A DNA stretch of 63,343 bases, filler included, from an uncultured bacterium (GTDB taxonomy: Bacteria > CAYJRR01): NCBI GenBank assembly GCA_964372275.1. It is 3 parts of 3 records of this genome, joined end to end, with 100 filler letters (N's around TTAATTAATTAA, not from the genome) between each part and the next. Parts side by side here need not be neighbours in the genome. Positions count along the whole stretch, not along the records: positions 42,615 to 63,343 come from CAYJRR010000081.1; 2 more parts are not named here. One strand, given 5' to 3'. Shown one piece after another: positions 60,436 through 63,343 of the stretch; position 1 is the stretch's first letter, and each line of letters opens with the position of its first letter. The translations under genes were made by a program, and so were the position numbers. The notes beneath the pieces are model-generated. The model was not told the origin of the DNA. It ran no database searches and was given only the letters and a program-made list of their open reading frames with translations.

Positions 60436-61539
60436 ATGCGATTGCGCGATCTCACGATCGATGCCACCGCCGTCCTGGCTCCGATGGCGGGGGTCTCGGA
60501 CCTGGCCTTCCGGCGCCTGGTGCGCGAGCTCGGCTGCGGAATGGCCTACACCGAGTTCGTCTCCGCCGACGGCATCGTCCGCGGCGGCGACGGTTCGCTC
60601 CGACTGCTCCGCACCGAGCCGTCGGAGCGACCGCTCGGCGTGCAGCTGTTCGGCTCCGACCCCGCGGTGATTGCCGAGGCGGCGCGCATCGCGCAGCGGC
60701 GCACCGCGTGCGACGTCATCGACATCAACATGGGTTGTTGGGTGCCGAAGGTGATCCGGCGCGGCGCCGGGGCGGCCCTCCTTCGCGATCCGCGGCGGGT
60801 CGAAGCGATCGTCTCAGCGGTGGTGAAGGCCGTGCCGGTCCCGGTCACGGCGAAGATCCGCGCCGGCTTCTGCGCCGATCAGATCAATGCGCTCGAGATC
60901 TCGAAGGCGATCGAGGCGGGGGGCGCTTCGGCGGTCACGTTGCACGCCCGCGTTCGCACCCAGGCCCACTCCGGATCGCCGATGTGGGAGCTGATCGGCG
61001 AACTGAAGGCGGCGGTGTCGATCCCGGTGATCGGCAACGGCGGCGTGCAGAACGCCGCCGACGCCTTGGCGATGCGGCGCCAGACCGGGTGCGATGCGGT
61101 GATGATCGGACGCGCCGCGCTCTCCCAGCCGTGGATCTTCCGGCAGGTGAAGGAGCTGGAGGCCGCAGGGCTCGCGGGGAGCACCCCGGGAGAGCCCGGA
61201 CGGGCGAATCGTCCCGCGTGGATCCCGACCGGCGAGGAGCGCCTCGAGATCGTGCGGCGACACCTGACCTACGCGGTCGAACTGAACCGCGGCTGGCAGA
61301 CGAAGCGCTCGGTCCGGAGGGGCTGGGACGCGGAGCGCCACGCGGTCGCCAAGCTGCGCGGGATGCTCGTGAACTACACCGCCGGAATCCCCGGCGCGGT
61401 CGAGTTCCGCCGCACGCTGCAGGAGATCGACAGCGTCGAACGCGCCTTGGCTGGCTTGGCGAAAGTCTTCGAGCGCGCCGACGAAGCCGAGCCGCCCAAG
61501 GGATTCGCCGAGGGCCTCGATGCCTGTGCCGCCGCGTAG
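60436..61539 (+). CDS. dusB: tRNA-dihydrouridine synthase
   Basis: LAPMAGVSD, QLFGSD, IDINMGC..PK, KIRAG, VIGNG, DAVMIGR. Confidence 0.9.
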   Translation: MRLRDLTIDATAVLAPMAGVSDLAFRRLVRELGCGMAYTEFVSADGIVRGGDGSLRLLRTEPSERPLGVQLFGSDPAVIAEAARIAQRRTACDVIDINMGCWVPKVIRRGAGAALLRDPRRVEAIVSAVVKAVPVPVTAKIRAGFCADQINALEISKAIEAGGASAVTLHARVRTQAHSGSPMWELIGELKAAVSIPVIGNGGVQNAADALAMRRQTGCDAVMIGRAALSQPWIFRQVKELEAAGLAGSTPGEPGRANRPAWIPTGEERLEIVRRHLTYAVELNRGWQTKRSVRRGWDAERHAVAKLRGMLVNYTAGIPGAVEFRRTLQEIDSVERALAGLAKVFERADEAEPPKGFAEGLDACAAA

Positions 61540-62032
61540 CGCTCCGGTCTTCGCGGCGATGATCCTGCTCGCGCTTGCGACGGCCTGCGCGCGCAGTGTC
61601 GAGGGGCCGCTTCCGACGATCACCGCCAGCGATATCCGGGCGCGCCTCGCCGCCGACCGCGATCGCGGAAGGGTGGCGGTCGTCCACTACTGGGCGACCT
61701 GGTGCGGACCGTGTCTCGAGGAGTTCCCCAGCCTGGCCCGATTCCACCGCGACGAGCTGGCCTCCGCGCGCGACATCGACTTCTTCGCGGTGGCGGTCGA
61801 GGAGACCGCGCCGGAGGAGACGCGGCGATACGTACGGGCCCAGGGGGCGCGGTTTCCGGTCTTCCTCGCCGAGGCGCCGGACCCGAACGCGTTCGTCGCC
61901 GCCGTCGAGGCGCGGTGGCGCGGTGCGCTCCCGTCGACCTTCGTCTACGGCCGCGACGGAGCGCTCGCCTACTCCTACATCGGAGAGGTCGACGACCTCG
62001 CGACGTTTCGACGGCGGTTGTCGTCGCTCTAG
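61520..62032 (+). CDS. TlpA-family thioredoxin-like lipoprotein
   Basis: Lipobox ATAC; YWATWCGPCLEEFP; LPSTF. Confidence 0.88.
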   Translation: MPVPPRSAPVFAAMILLALATACARSVEGPLPTITASDIRARLAADRDRGRVAVVHYWATWCGPCLEEFPSLARFHRDELASARDIDFFAVAVEETAPEETRRYVRAQGARFPVFLAEAPDPNAFVAAVEARWRGALPSTFVYGRDGALAYSYIGEVDDLATFRRRLSSL

Positions 62033-62424
62033 AAACAGGAAAGACCGAGCAAGAGGAGGAGTCCCGTGACCGCCGCCTGGGCGATCCAGTAGCCGCGTGG
62101 AAGGCGAACCCCGGCGCGGCGTGCGAGTACCGGGGCCGGCCAGACGGTCACCGGATAGAGCACCCCGAGCCACAGATTGGCGGCGTCCGGCGGAGCGCAA
62201 CCCGCCGGGGGGGCGTTCATCCCGAGCAGGATTCCCGCCACGAGCCACGCGACGACCGAGGGGAGCCATGCGACGAGCAGGTCGAGCCCCGCGATCCGGG
62301 GCGCGTGCACGCGCGCGCGCGCCAACGCCAGGTGCAGCGCGAACGCCTGCACCACGGCGTCGAGCACCGCGATCACGGTGAGCACCACCACGTCGAACAG
62401 CCAGCGGCCGGCGAGGTCGTTCAC
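62029..62424 (-). CDS. Hypothetical membrane protein (about 4 TM)
   Basis: GTG overlapping the upstream stop; several hydrophobic segments. Confidence 0.6.
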   Translation of the reverse strand: MNDLAGRWLFDVVVLTVIAVLDAVVQAFALHLALARARVHAPRIAGLDLLVAWLPSVVAWLVAGILLGMNAPPAGCAPPDAANLWLGVLYPVTVWPAPVLARRAGVRLPRGYWIAQAAVTGLLLLLGLSCF

Positions 62425-62915
62425 GACCGGCCCGTCGGCCCGAAGTAGGCGAACGACTCGAACGCCTCCTCGATCGATCGCCGGTGGACGAGGAAGCGCT
62501 CGGCGGCGCAGGAGCCGGTGAGCAGGAAGACGGCGGCGGGGGGGACCGGGCCGGGGGCGATCAGGCGTCGCCGCTGCATCACGTCGACCCCTGCCGGCCG
62601 GCCCCGGAGCACCAGGTCGGCGACGATCGCCCCCACGCGCGGATCGACCCGCCGCTCGAGGATCTTCATCGGACGCAACGCCTCCTCGAGGCCCAGGATC
62701 ACGCCGTCGAGGATCTGCTCGAACTCCCCGACCGACCGGAGGACGAGGTCCGGTTTCCGGAACCGTTGCACCAGGAGGCGCAGGTCGCGATTCGGCGAGT
62801 CGAAGGCGACGGCCAGGAACGACTCCGAGTCGTCGACCACCGAGGGGGTCCAATCTCCGTCCGGCAACGCCAGGCGGAACTCGCCGGCTCGGTCCTCGTG
62901 GGTCCGCTGCGCCAT
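62421..62915 (-). CDS. Hypothetical protein (possibly PsbP/DcrB-like fold)
   Basis: EFRLALPDGDW start and ..LLTGSC..F..IEEAFESF end pattern; weak. Confidence 0.6.
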   Translation of the reverse strand: MAQRTHEDRAGEFRLALPDGDWTPSVVDDSESFLAVAFDSPNRDLRLLVQRFRKPDLVLRSVGEFEQILDGVILGLEEALRPMKILERRVDPRVGAIVADLVLRGRPAGVDVMQRRRLIAPGPVPPAAVFLLTGSCAAERFLVHRRSIEEAFESFAYFGPTGRS

Positions 62916-62969
62916 CGATGGTCGTAGCGTGCCCGCAATCCCGGCAATCGGCTAGGATCCAGGGCCCCG

Positions 62970-63343
62970 ATGCTCCCGTTGCCCGGAAGTCCGGAGTCGC
63001 TCGAAGGCGAGGTCGACCGGGTCGTCTTCGTCGCCGAGGAGAGCGGCTTCACGGTGGTGCGACTCCGGGTCGATCGTTACCGGGAATCGGTCACCGCCGT
63101 CGGCCGGATGGCCGAGGTGCGCGCGGGCGAGACGATCCGGGTGCAGGGTCGTTGGAAGAACGACTCGAAGTTCGGGCCGCAGCTCGAGGTGGAGAGCTAC
63201 CAGGCGGTGCTTCCGGCGACGGCGGAGGGGATCCGCCGATACCTCGGATCGGGGGAGGTGCGAGGGATCGGGGCGGAGCTCGCCAAACGCGTCGTCGCGG
63301 CGTTCGGCGAGCGGACACCGGAGGTCCTCGACCGGGAGCCGCA
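62970..63343 (+). CDS. recD2: ATP-dependent RecD-like DNA helicase, N-terminal part (runs off the window)
   Basis: Hand translation LEGEVDRVVFVAEESGFTVVRL..TAVG..GE..GRW..FGPQL..YLGSGEVRGIGAELAKRVV..FG. Confidence 0.92.
   Translation, partial: MLPLPGSPESLEGEVDRVVFVAEESGFTVVRLRVDRYRESVTAVGRMAEVRAGETIRVQGRWKNDSKFGPQLEVESYQAVLPATAEGIRRYLGSGEVRGIGAELAKRVVAAFGERTPEVLDREP

Overview
High-GC bacterial DNA. Gene content (MYXO-CTERM-like anchor, REC-DUF4388 regulator, several sigma54 promoters, LPS genes) suggests a Myxococcota/deltaproteobacterial-type MAG. The window joins three unrelated contig pieces (1-21562, 21663-42514, 42615-63343) with artificial N-TTAATTAATTAA-N spacers, and has two 10-N internal gaps. 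Piece 1 holds a beta-propeller lipoprotein, MarR, galT-glgA, an LPS/ADP-heptose cluster interrupted by a transglutaminase-like lipoprotein, murJ, a TetR/acyl-CoA dehydrogenase locus, coaE and a partial sigma54 activator. Piece 2 holds a >5400-aa Ig-repeat adhesin, a ~1.4-kb intergenic region, an AidB-like gene and a partial CotH-like lipoprotein. Piece 3 holds tRNA-Asn, sdhCAB, vapBC, DNA-repair and housekeeping genes, a STAND adenylate cyclase and partial recD2. The stand-out is the intergenic region after the adhesin. It contains what looks like an unrecognised ~925-nt structured non-coding RNA (38293-39219) with its own sigma54 promoter, paired 5'/3' ends, nested long-range helices, GNRA/UUCG tetraloops, a sevenfold repeated 3x3 purine-rich internal-loop module and an intrinsic terminator. 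All calls come from reading the sequence by eye; no searches or folding programs were run.
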